A DNA stretch of 64,000 bases. It comes from Chiloscyllium plagiosum (taxonomy: Eukaryota). Positions 12,700 to 24,642 of this stretch are shown one piece after another. Position 1 is the first letter of the stretch; each line of letters begins with the position of its first letter. The notes under the pieces are model-generated. The model ran no database searches, was not told the DNA's origin, and saw only the letters and a list, made by a program, of their open reading frames with translations. The stretch is from the NCBI RefSeq assembly GCF_004010195.1, contig NC_057728.1, positions 43,643,458 to 43,707,457 on the forward strand, in the 5' to 3' direction. Both the position numbers and the translations under genes were made by a program.

Positions 12700-13473
12700 A
12701 CTGGAAGCAACAGAAATGTAATCCACAAGTGTACACAAATGTAAAAATATACAAAGCTCAGTTCATTCCAAATCCTGTAATATATGATTCATTGCTACGT
12801 GCAAATTAAATTTTCATTTTCTTGCCTATGGTCTTCTGTAGCAGCAGCTGATGTTAACAGCATGTTCTCACAAGTATGTGTTTGATCTAAAGATAAAATT
12901 CACTACCCCTTTTATAATAGCCACTGGAATTGAAGTCTAATGTAAAAATAAAGGGAGAAGCTGCTGAAATTACAAAGATCATCTGTGAATAAAGCTCATG
13001 CTGACACTGTGTCACGAACCTGCCTATCTGCTCCCAACTACAATCAGTTGCTTCCATCACAGCTAGTGATTATGCTCAGCATCAGAACTCATCTAACCAA
13101 TAATATTGTGTCAGTGTTCACACAGAAATGAACACTGTAAGACAGGGGACCTCTTCTGCTCAACTTGCTTATTTTGCCAATTATCAGTTGCCCTTGCATC
13201 CATACTGAAAAGAAAATTCATCATTTAATAAAACTGCAAAAAGCTGAACTCTTGAAACATGATTTGAAGAATGCAACATTTCAGGCAAGCAGTAATGTAA
13301 TAATAGTAATAACTCGATGATTTTGATTTAACCATTTGCAGAACTTAATACATATAACATGTTGAATATTGTTAATCCAGTTGTAGTTTTGATATTTAAA
13401 TGTTTTCAAGTTTTCTGCTCTAGTCAATTCTAGGATTGTCCTAAATTATCCAAGACAAACCTCATTCCAAATA

Positions 13474-15731
13474 CAGTCCTTTCTGCAATTACATGTGTTT
13501 GGTCAATGCGAATTGGTTGTAACATGATTGATGAATAGGTGAACTTTGTTTGTAAAATGTGAAGTTTCCCATGTGTTGGCAATTATGTGATTCCATCCAC
13601 ACTTTAAGTGCTGAGGAATACAATGTTTACACAAGACTCTCTGCATCGACATCATGTGACCAGTTGACTCGTGTGTTTCGTAAGTGCTTTCTGAGGGATA
13701 CTTCACCATTTTCGTTCTTTGTTTTGCAAATTTTGCTGTGCTACCCAAAAATATGGGAGGACAAGGTAACAAAAATGTTTACAAGAAGCATCCTGGTAGT
13801 AAAATTGTGGGCGGTGAACGTAAAAGAAAGGCCATAATCCTTGAAGAGAAGCTAGATGTTACAAAGCATTTTGAAGGTAATGAAAGAACATGTGATATTG
13901 TTCGTGTAACAAGAATATAGGACTCTACATTACACACCATTAGAGACAATGCAGAAAAATTAAAGCAAACTGCATTGCTGGAATAAGCCTGAGTGTGAGC
14001 AAATCTGTGAGATCACGGTCAAAGCTCCTTGAGGAGATGAAGCACCTTCTAAATGTGTGATTAGATTTTTTTAGATTAGATTACATTAGATTAGATTACA
14101 TTACATTACAGTGTGGAAACAGGCCCTTCGGCCCAACAAGTCCACACCGACCCGCTGAAGCGCAACCCACCCATATCCCTACATTTACCCCTTACCTAAC
14201 ACTACGGGCAATTTAGCATGGCCAATTCATCTTTGGACTGTGGGAAGAAACCGGAGCACCCGGAGGAAACTCACGCAGACACGGGGAGAATGTACAAACT
14301 CCACACAGTCAGTCGCCTGAGGCGGGAATTGAACCCGGGTCGCTGGCGCTGTGAGGCAGCAGTGCTAACCACTGTGCCACCGTGCCGCCCACCTTTTTTT
14401 TAAAAGTGGAAAGCCCATTAGTGTGGATAGAAGGTCAAGCTAAAAAGTGATCTGGCACCAGCTTTCTCACCATAAAAGAAAAAGACTTATCAAATTATGA
14501 AGAACGAAAGAAAAAAGCTGAAGATCCTGCAGATGGGCCTGCCTTTAATGCTAGTAGTGGCTGGGTTGCTGGTTTTAAGAACCGCTATGCTTTTCATAAT
14601 GGAAAATTGCCTCCCATGGTGAAAACATTGATTGAGGAAGAAGGCTGCAACTTAGATCAAATTTTCAGTTTGGATGAGAAAGGTTTCTACTGGAAGCGAA
14701 TTCCATCAAGAACCTATATTTCTAAGAGTAAAGCACACACTCCAGGCTTTAAGGTGGCAAAGGATTGTATGACTGTGCTGTTGGGTGCCAATACTAGTGG
14801 ATGTCAGTAAAGACTGCTTGCATGCAATTTGGCAGAAGCTTCTCCCAGATTTTATTCATGATTTTAAAGGTTTTGAACCGTCAAAGGAGCTTCCAAGAAT
14901 CAAAGGACATTATGTTGCTCTTGCAAAGCAAGTTGGATTTGAAGAAGTAGACAGTGAGGATGTTGAAGAGCTGCTTGACTCCCAATGTGAAACCTCTCTA
15001 CAGCTGATCTACAACAACTTGTTCCTGAGGGGGAAATGGAAACTGGAGACAAGGAAGATGAAGTCCAGGATGCAGCACCACGAGAGTTTTCCACTTCTCT
15101 TTTGTCTCTTCTCCAGAGGGAAGTTGAAAAGAAGTTGCAGCTCTTAGAAGACAATGATTACAATGCAGAATGCAGCAGGAAAGCAGTTTGTGGAATAAGG
15201 TCTTATTTGGCACTCTATGAACAGCTTCTTTATGAAAAATAGCAAAGCAGCAAAAACTAAACGTCTTTTTTAAGCTAACCCCCAAGAAACAATCAGAAGA
15301 CTATGAACCACAGCCATCCACTTCTAAATTAACTATTTTTTGTCCTAACCCCACAGCCACAAGTGCACCTGAAGATGATGATGATGGTGATGATGATGAC
15401 AATGATGATGATTCCCTCAGTCCCTGCCTTAATAACTCAGCAACCTCAAAACCACCCTCCTCACCCTATCGAGTTATCTTCAAATTTTTTCAAAGTGTTA
15501 AATTTATTGTAGTATTTCATTATTAGATATGGATTTAACATTTTTTTAAACTAAGCTATCCTTTAGGCTATCCTAGGCTAAATACTATATTTGTTTTGAT
15601 TTTGAGTAGTATTTTTGGTGGTCTGCCCCAACCCTCTTTTTTTCCATAAGCCCTGTTATCTTTATTGCGTGGTTTTCTATAGCACAATGTCATATAAGAA
15701 TGCAACTGTCACGTTATAGCAGTAGGGACTG
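13474..15731 (+). mobile_element. Tigger/pogo DNA transposon, internally deleted and decayed
   Basis: Imperfect TIRs (cagtcctttctgc / gcagtagggactg); TA TSDs at 13472-73 and 15732-33; RKRKAIILEEKLDV (psq HTH), FNASSGWVAGFKNRY (CENP-B HTH), QIFSLDEKGFYWK..PGFKVAKDCMTVLLGAN (DDE start). Confidence 0.92.
14060..14420 (-). mobile_element. HE1 SINE inserted in the Tigger transposase, with ~30 nt extra 5' sequence
   Basis: gggcggcacggtggcacagtgg head ends at 14390; attag/attac tail; TSD GTGTG at 14055-59 and 14421-25. Confidence 0.9.
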
Positions 15732-16421
15732 TATCAGCAGGCTAACCTTTGGTGTTCACAGGGAAGTCCATACATAGGAAATGTATTATAAGCTGGAGAT
15801 GTGTATACCATCCTTTAATATATTTTCAAGTCTTAAGGAGAGTTCATTGATTTTAATTCATGAGCAGTGTAAACTAATTTTAAACTATGAACACAATCAC
15901 AGCACCATTTTTAGGACTGAAACCTGAAGAAGCAGTTCTTCCTTACCAAAGCTATTCAAAGGACATCGTAAATTCACCCTCTCCAACAAAATGGAGTGGT
16001 GAGGAAACAATGAGATGTCACTTTCATTTTGGCTAAGGCAGCACTTCTAAATAGAAAAATCACAACAAGTGCGAGAAGACCTTGTCCTGTAAGGTAAAGA
16101 CTGGATCAGGGACCAGCGAGGTTTAAAGGTGGGCTGCCTCGTTGACAGGTAACAGGTCAAACCTGAAGAAGATTGGGGCAGGCCACCTGATATTATGTGC
16201 AATCTCCATTGAAAACACACATGTGGAAGGGCCATAAAATCCAGCCATGTGAGCCTGCTGCTTGAGAAAGTATCCACACAAAGAAGTACATCTGTTTTCT
16301 GAAACAATTATCTGTCATTGCATAATGCCTGCCATGAGAGCTCTGGGCAAGATACCTTGTGACACTCTGAAAGAATGCATAGTTTTTATAGTTGAGGACT
16401 GCTGGTGCTTTAACTGCTGAA

Positions 16422-16635
16422 CTGAAATGTGTTGCTGGAAAAACACAGCAGGTCAGGCAGCATCCAAGGAACAGGAGAATCGACATTTCGGGCATAAGCC
16501 CTTCTTCAGGAATCAAGAAGGGCTTATGCCCGAAACCTCGATTCTCCTGTTCCTTGGATGCTGCCTGACCTGCTGCGCTTTTCCAGCAACACATTTTCAG
16601 CTCTGATCTCCAGCATCTGCAGCCCTCACTTTCAC
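16422..16635. mobile_element. Palindromic Penelope-derived mini-element (inverted pLTR ends)
   Basis: Arms 16422-16506 and 16515-16600; 14-bp TSD CTTTAACTGCTGAA at 16408-16421 and 16636-16649; homologous to the pLTRs at 2170-2258 and 30480-30565. Confidence 0.88.
16477..16513 (-). ncRNA. Minimal hammerhead ribozyme motif
   Basis: attc-CTGAAGA-a-GGGC ttat GCCC-GAAA-tg-TC-gattc. Confidence 0.68.
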
Positions 16636-17299
16636 CTTTAACTGCTGAAGACAATGAAACATTGCAAAACACTGATTAATTTGCAAGTTATCTCCAATGG
16701 TATACTTGGATAGACAGTAATCAGATGCACAATTCTTTTTAGAATCAGTGTGGTTTGCACATTTGTTATTGAGGGCAGTATTTGGTCCTATTGCGTTCTC
16801 ACACAGATGTCTGATTCTCCTGGTTCAGACACACTGATGATGAAACTTTTATTATGCCATTACAACATAAAATTGCATGTCTCAGGGCAAGCCAGTGACT
16901 AAAATATAACTGAGTGTGGGTTTGGGTTGAAGGATGTCAGGTGCTCAAATTTAATCTTCGAAAAGAGGAAAGTGCTTTGATAGATGAATCGCAGACATCA
17001 ATGAACAAACATGATAAAGGTAGGAGTTAAAAAGTGCAAACACAAGAACATATGTGCTGTTGAACAGTGCAGCTATGTAAATAAACTCAAAGGACAGAAG
17101 AAGTCATAAAACTAAAAATAGAAAGCTTTCTGTGCAATTTACTGCAGATTAGTGTAAATTCATCAAATGCTACAAAATGGTAATTTCCTAACTTCTCCAA
17201 TATTTTCGGTGAATTAACAATACAATGATAATACTAGTGCTGAAGATTACAAGGAAGTTTAGGACCAGCAAAATGTTATTTTACCAAATCTCCTTAAAC

Positions 17300-17448
17300 T
17301 ACAACTTCCAAACGCACAAGCACTACCATCTGGAAGGATAAGAGTGACAGATATATAAGAATGCGACATCTGCAAATTTCTCTCTTGGGCAGTCATCATC
17401 CTGACTTGGAAGTCAATCACCATTCCTTCATTGTTGTTGGGTCAAAAT
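17300..17448 (+). mobile_element. CR1/L2-like LINE 3' fragment, continuing at ~18555-18685
   Basis: Homologous to the reverse complement of the LINE at ~50590-50860 (ctaccatct.gaagg..aag). Confidence 0.5.
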
Positions 17449-18322
17449 TGTAAAAAGAGTATCAATTTATTTTTTCTATATTTTTGATTGTGGATTGAAA
17501 TGGGAAAAGGACTATTTTAAAACAGGGAAGAATTGGAAGATGTAGAAAGGATTGATGCACTTTTTAAGACACCTGACACATTGTACCTGCAAAAAACACT
17601 GTTGTTTCTTCAAGCAATAGAGGAAGCTGAAGCCAAGTTGATGACAAATTTCTTCTGCCTTCCAACAATTATGTGATTCGCTCCCAGACAGCTGAACAGC
17701 TTGTGGGTTTGAATGCTTAAATCAGGAGTAATTGGACCACCAGAAAGGAAGGAGTTCTTCTTCTCTCTGCAGTCAAAGATACCTCAAGTCTGAAGAAAGC
17801 CAATTTATTTTCCCTCATTAGTTGTTGTAAGCTGTGGCTCTTAAGTCAGAGACATGAAAAATGTTAATTAATAGCCCTGTACCTCCTGAAAGCAAGTATA
17901 AGAATCTGGAAAGGTAGATTGAGAAGCAACATACCTGACAAGGCAAAATGATCATCTCAGTGAACCCTAAGAAGAGGAACATTGAATTATCTTCCGAGAT
18001 TTTCCCTTCACCAATGACACTTTTTTTTTGGATCTGTCTGAATGTGTGTATAAGGGAAATTCTATAAGGGGTTAGAGTTTTAGCTGGTAGAGTTATATGT
18101 TGATATTTCATAATTGTTTACCTGTAACTATAATCTATTTATTTACAATAGATAGTACTGATTGTTAAGTAGAGAAACCTGGTCCGTGCTTTCTGTAAAC
18201 CTAGGTCTAAAAGACATACATTTTGGATTTTTTTGAAGTTTATTACATTTTTTTAACTTTTGTGATTGCTCCAGGGATAGTAGGACTTGATTTTCAGAAT
18301 ATCACCCCAGTGAAGGATAACA
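17449..18322 (+). mobile_element. Candidate solo LTR of a separate family
   Basis: tgtaa...ataaca termini; flanks aaat/aaac (one mismatch); interrupts a LINE fragment. Confidence 0.45.
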
Positions 18323-19140
18323 AAACAGCATTGTAGTTCTACTGTTATGGCATTCCACATAAAAATAATTTAAACAGCCATTCAAAATATATCAACAAAC
18401 GATAACTGGGCAGTTGTAAGTTCTACAAAAAAGATTAACCTTCTGAGAAAACAGATGATTGCAAAAAAAAGTAAGCTTAAAATCTCTCGCTCTTCGGTAA
18501 TCTAAAAAAGCTTGAAGTAATAATTAAAATTGTTTTCCTCAATTAAGATGAGTACTGTGGGCGCACCTACATTAAAGGGATTGCAACGGTTCAAGAGGCA
18601 GAACAGCATCATCTTCTCAAGACCAATTAGGGTTAGGTAATAGATGCTAGCTGGGCCAGGAAAGCCTGCATCTCCTCAATAAATGTAAATAACGTTCTCT
18701 GAGATTAATTTTGGCCTCTCAGTTGGTACCTTGCTTTCACTGGAATGTTTCAGGGACCAGGAAACACATGGATCCAATATGGAATAAGGAAAGATTGTGT
18801 CACTATCTCCTAATTTAGTCATTAACATATGCTAATTCACAAGCCACTTCGATGGAAATTTATGCACCACTGCTAATGCACTGACATTCCAAAGCTGACA
18901 GCTTGAAACCAGATTCACAACCTGGTGTCAACTTTGCCAGTTTTAACACACCACCGACACAGTCCTGTACAGTAAAATCCAACACACTGCAGTGTTATTA
19001 GTGGGTGTGCAAATAATGAAAACTGAGCAATTGCACAGCAAATCCAATTTTTTTTTTAAGAAAAGGTATGAAACTTCCCACTAAAGAGCGAGCAAAAGCA
19101 AGTGTCCTCCTCCAAGGTCACAAAAATAATCTAGGTCTGT

Positions 19141-19345
19141 TAGCAAGATTTGAGAAGATTTGTAGCTCGGCTTGAGGTTCTGGATGTAAGTTTATTGCTG
19201 AGCTAGAAGCTTCATTTTCAGACGCTTCATCACCATACTAGGTAACATCATCAGCTTCACCAGAGGCTCACTGATGATGCTACCTAGTATGGTGAAAAAT
19301 GCCTGAAAATGAACCATCCAGCTCAGTGAGCAAGCTTACGTCCAG
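19141..19345. mobile_element. Palindromic Penelope-type mini-element with two inverted, degenerate hammerhead cores
   Basis: 13-bp TSD AATCTAGGTCTGT at 19128-19140 and 19346-19358; CTGATGA at 19271 (+) and 19254-19248 (-), each followed by a gYtacc tagtat ggtga stem-loop. Confidence 0.8.
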
Positions 19346-19400
19346 AATCTAGGTCTGTGTTGTCCAGGACTGAGTCTTCCTCTCCAATTGCCAAACCCTG

Positions 19401-19718
19401 GGGGCAGCACGGTGGCTCAATGGTTAGCACTGCTGCCTCACAGCACCAGGGACCCAGGTTCAATTCCCACCTCGGACAACTGTCTGTGTGGAGTTTGCAC
19501 ATTCTCCCCGTGTCTGCGTGGGTTTCGTCCGGGTACTCCAGTTTCCTCACACAGTCCAAAGATGTGCAGATCAGGTGAATTGGCCATGCTAAATTGCCCA
19601 TAGTGTTAGATGCATTAGTCAGGGAGAATGGGTCTGGGTGGGTTACTGTTCAGAGGGTCAGTGTGGACTTGTTGGGCCGAAGGGCCTGTTTCTATACTGT
19701 AAATAATTTAATCTAATC
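19401..19718 (+). mobile_element. HE1 SINE
   Basis: ggcagcacggtggctcaatgg (A box), ggttcaattccc (B box), conserved core, aatct tail. Confidence 0.92.
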
Positions 19719-20098
19719 AAATGCAAGATTCTGAAAATTGTAACCACTCTCCACCCCGGCAAGCTCCTTGTTATAGTATCCTTTTCCTGATATCAGGAAA
19801 TAATGTCTGGACTTCCTGATTATTTATTTTTTCCCTGACAACTAACTGGTACCTTAGCAGAAATGACTGAACAACTGACTGACAGTATATAAACCAAGTC
19901 CATCAATAAAAATATACTGGACCTTCAAATCACATTTTGGTGACCCATTATTGTCTGCTCAGCCTCAGGAAGTTTGGATAACCCATTTACAATTAACGAT
20001 TTAATAGCTACGACTCGGAGGTGCTGGTGTTGGACTGGGTTGGACAAAGTTAAAAATCACACAACACCAGGTTATTGTCCAACAGATTTATTTGGAAG

Positions 20099-20133
20099 CA
20101 CTAGTTTTCGGAAAGCCGCTCCTTCATCAGGTG
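20099..20133 (-). ncRNA. Minimal hammerhead ribozyme motif
   Basis: cac-CTGATGA-a-ggag cggct ttcc-GAAA-ac-TA-gtg; stem I cac/gtg. Confidence 0.62.
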
Positions 20134-20687
20134 GTTATGGAGGTTAAGATCAAGCTCACAGAATTTATAACCAAAGGAGTCCAGAGTCATGGAGATGAGA
20201 TACAGTAAACAATCTTAGGTTAAAACTTTCATCTTTTAAAATGGAATGTGCTGGTTTCTGTTCTTGATATGGAAATCCCAGAACTTCTTTGAAATTACAT
20301 TCTCAAGATAGCTAGCTTTTTAAATAATAGGTGTGAAGTCTGTCTCTGTCCCAATACTATGTCAGACTGACAAACCCTCTGTATAGTTTTACAGTTTTGA
20401 ATTCATGCAGTTTTGAGCAAAATAAAATGTAATTCTGCAAAAACAAATTCACACCATAGGCTTATATGTGTGCGCATGTAGGAGCGACAGATTGAGTGTG
20501 TTTGTCATTATGTGCGTGTGGGTGTAAGTGCACGTGATAGAGTGTGTGTTTATATATATGTGTATGTGTGCAAGCTTGGTTAAGTGTGTGCGTGTGAGTG
20601 TGATGGGGTATGTGTGATAGAGTGCGTGTGTTGATGTGAGTGCGGGGGGGTGTATGTGTGTGCATATGAGAGAGAGCTTGAGTATGA

Positions 20688-23600
20688 TACAATTTTGGAT
20701 GCTGTTTTGGGTGGGGGGGGGACTTACCGGGGAATGCACTGGAGATCAGGTCTCTGGCACAGAGTCTGTCCCTGTTGCACAGAAGGGAAGGGGGGGAAAG
20801 GAGGAGAGTGTTAGTCATTGGGGATTCAATTAGTGGGTCAGATTGAAGGTTTGTTGGGAATGAAAGAGACTCTGGTTGGTGTGCTGCATCCCAGGTGCCA
20901 GGGTCTGTGATGTCTCGGTTCGGGTATTTGGGGTCCTGAAGGGAAAGCGTGACCAGCCCCACGTCGTGGTCCACATAGGTACCAACAATGTAGGTAGAAA
21001 AAGGGACAGGGATGTAAGGCAGGATTTCAAGGAGCTACGGTGGAAGTTGAGAGTGAAAACAAACAGATTTGTTATCTCTGGATTGTTACCTGTGCCATGT
21101 GATAGCAAGGCGAAGATCAGGGAGACATATCAGCTGAACACATGGGTGCAGGGATGGTGCAGGAGGGAGGGTTTCAGGTTTATGGATAATTGGGGCTCAT
21201 TCAGGGAAAGATGGGACCTCTACAACCAGGATGGTTTTCACTTGAACCAGAGAGGTACTAATATCCTGGGTGGGAAATTTGCTTGTGCTATTCTGATGGG
21301 TTTAAACTAGCACAGCAGGGGGATGGGAACCTGTAATGTAGTTGCAGTACACAGGAGGATAAGAATAAGGAGGACATGGACAGGATTTCACAGTCATAGG
21401 AGTGTGCTGGCAAATAAGCTGGTTTGAAGTGTGTCTACTTCAACACCAGGAGTATCCGGAATAAAGTACCTGAGCTTGCAGCATGGTTAGGTACCTGGGA
21501 CTTCAATGTTGTGGCCATTTCTGAGATTTGGATAGAGCAAAGTCAGGAATGAATGTTGCAGGTTCCAGGGTTTAGATCTTTCTAAAGGGGAGGTGTGGCT
21601 TTGTTAGTCAAGGACGGTACAATGGAGTCTGAAAGAACTTTTGACGAGGACTCGTCTACTGAGGTGGTATGGGCTGTGGTTAGAAACAGGAGGAGAGGTC
21701 ACACAGCTGTGAGTTTTTTATAGGTCTCCGCGAAGTTCCAGGGATGTGGAAGAGAGGATTGGCAAATCGATTCTGGGCAGGAGCGAAAGGAACAGGGTAG
21801 TCATTATCGGGGACTTTAACTTCCCCAACATTGACTGGAATGCTATAACTCTAGTACGTCAAATGGATCAGTTTGTGTCCAAGGTGTGCAGGAGGGTTTC
21901 CTGACATAATATGTTGAAGGGTCGACAAGAGGGCAGGCCGCACTGGATCTGGTTTGGTAATGAAACAGGCCAGGTGTTTGAGTTAGTGATAGATTAGCAC
22001 TTTGGAGAGAGTGACCATAATTCGGTTACATTTCGTTTAGAGATGGAAAGGGATAGGTACATGCCACAGGGCAAGAGTTATAGATGGGGGAAGGGCAATT
22101 ATGATGCGATTAGGCAAGACTTAGGAGGCACAGAATGGGCAGCAAAATGCAGGGGATGGGGACAATCAAAATGTGGAGCTGGTTTAAGGAACAGATATTG
22201 CATGTCTTTGATAGCTATGTTCCTGTCAGTCAGGGAGGAAGTGATAAGGTGAGGGATCCGAGGTTTACTAAAGAAATTGTATGTCTTGTTAAGTGGAAGA
22301 GGGAGGTTTATGCGACGTTCAGGCAAGATGGTTCAGATGAGGCAATGGAAAGTTAGAGTAGCTAGGAAGAATTTAAAGAGAGAATTACGAAAAGCAAGGA
22401 GGGGACATGAATAATCTTTAGCAGGTAGAATAAAGGAGAACACTAAAGCTTTCTATAGATATGTAGGAATAAAAGGATGATGAGAGTAGGAATAGGGCCT
22501 ATCAAGTGGGAAGTAGTATGTGGACCCTGTGGAGATTAGAGAGGTGCTGAACAAATATTTCTCATCTGTTTTCACTCAGGAAAAGCAGAATATTGTAGAG
22601 GAGAAGACTGAGATACGGGCTGTTAGACTTGACAGGATTGAGGTTAGTAAGGAGGAGGTGTTATCAATTCTAGAAGGTGTGAAAGTGAAAACGTCCCCCG
22701 GGCCTGATGGGATTTATCCAAGAATTCTCTAGGAAGCTTGAGAGGAGATGTTGGAGCCTTTGGCCTTGATCTTTGAGTCATCATTGTCTACAGGTTTAGT
22801 ACCAGAGCACTGGAGGATTGCATATGTTGTGCCCTTGTTGAAGAAGGACAGTAGAGATGACCCAGGTAATTATTCACCAGTGAGCCTTTTGTCTGTTGTA
22901 GGAAAAGTTTTGGAAAGGATTGTAAAAGATAGGATTTATAAATCATCTAGCAAGCAACAATTTGATTGGAAATAGTCAACATGGATTCATCAAGGGCAGG
23001 TTGTGCCTCACAAAACTCTGAGTTTTTTTAAGAAGGTGACCAAGCATGTGGGTGAGAGTAGGGCAGTTGACGTGGTATACATGGACTTCAGTAAAGCCTT
23101 TGACAATGTTCCACATGGTAGGGCTATTGGAGAAAATACGGAGGCATGGGATTGAAAGTGATTTAGCAGATTGGATTAGAAACTCGCTTTCTGTAAGAGG
23201 GCAAGTGGTGTTGATGGAAAATATTCAGCCTGGAGTCTGGTTACTAGTGGTGTGCCATAAGAATCTGTTTTGGGACCACTGCTGTTTGCCATTTTTATAA
23301 ACGACTTGGACGCAGACTAGGTGGGTAGTTTAATAAGTTTGCAGATAATACTAAAATCGGTGGAGTGGTGTACAGTGTGGAAGAATGTTGTAGGTTGCAG
23401 GGAGACTTGGATAAACTACAGAGTTGGACTGAAATGTGGCAAATAGAGTTCAATGCAGATAAACGTGAGGTGATTCACTTTGGGAAGAATAATGGGAAGG
23501 CAGATTACTGGGTCAATAGAAAGATTCTTGTTGGTGTGGATGTGCAGAGAGATCTTGGTGTCCATGTACACAGATCCTTGAAAGTTGCCACCCAGGTTGA

Positions 23601-24187
23601 TATGCTGTTAAGAAGGCATACGGTGTGTTAGGTTTTATTGGTAGAAGGATTGAGTTTCGGAGCTGTAATATCATGCTGCAACTCTACAAAACTCGACTTG
23701 GAGTATTGTGTGCAGGAAGGATGTGGAAGCATTGGAAAACTTGCAGAGGAGATTTACCAGGATGTTCCCTGGTCTGGAGCAAAGGTCTTATGTGGAAAGG
23801 CTGAGGGACTTGGGTCTGTTCTCTTTGGAAAGAAGAAGGCTAATAGAGACACACAAGGTGATCAGAGGATTAGGTAGGGTGGACAGTGAAAGTCTTTTTC
23901 CAAGGGTGATGACATTTGCTTGTAAGAGAGGGCATAGCTGCAAATTGAGGGGTGATAGATCTAAGACAGATGTCAGAGGCAGGTTCTTTACTCAGAGAGT
24001 GGTAAGGATGTGGAATGCTGTGCCTGTCAATGTAGTTAACTCAGCCACATGAGGGGCATTTAAACAATCTTTGGATAAGCATATGGATAATTATGGGATA
24101 GTGTAGGTTGGTGAGCGTAGATTAGTTCAGAGTTGACGCAATAGCGACGGCCAAAGGGCCTGTTCTGCGCTGTATTATTTTGTGTTC
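20688..24187 (+). mobile_element. Long decayed CR1 LINE (ORF1 esterase, ORF2 APE endonuclease and RT)
   Basis: IGDS, HIGTNNVG and DGFHLN esterase blocks; GDFNFPNIDW, SDHN, PGPDG, YMDFSKAFD motifs; ttct-type tail; TATGA at both junctions (20683-87, 24188-92). Confidence 0.93.
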
Positions 24188-24642
24188 TATGAGGGAGGGC
24201 CTGTGTTGGTGTGTGACTATGTAGGAGTGTGTGTGTTTGAGAGAGTGTATCGTGCAGTGGGGCCACCTGTAGTGTGACATGAACCCAAGGTCCCGGTTGA
24301 GGCCATTACCATGGGTACCAAACTTTGCTATGAGCTTCTGCTCAGCCACTCTGCGTTGATGCTTGTCCCAAAGTCTGCCTTGGAGGATCGTCGCCCGAAG
24401 GTCTGAGGCCGAATGTCCCGGACCACTGAAGTGTTCCCTGACTGGGAGGGAACACTTCCGCCTGGTGATTGTTGTGCGGTGTCAACTCTCTCTCTCTCTC
24501 TCACGCACACCCACCTGCGCAGACCCTCCCTCATACACGAGCTCTCTCTCACATGCACACTCATACACCCCCGCACTCGCACCAACACACGCACCCTCTC
24601 ACATCATCACATTCACACATATACTTAACTAAACTTACACAC

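Noticed and set aside
15373..15411. (GAT)n acidic coding tract
   Set aside because: Lies after stop codons within the decayed Tigger element
16193..16672. 159-aa ORF, or a pre-miRNA-like hairpin
   Set aside because: Reads through the palindromic Penelope-derived insert; the TSD and homology to other pLTRs explain the hairpin
19401..19480. tRNA gene
   Set aside because: A and B boxes continue into HE1 SINE core and tail; no full cloverleaf
20449..20974. His/Thr-rich ORFs (also 24328-24732)
   Set aside because: Translation of CA/TG-rich low-complexity Penelope sequence
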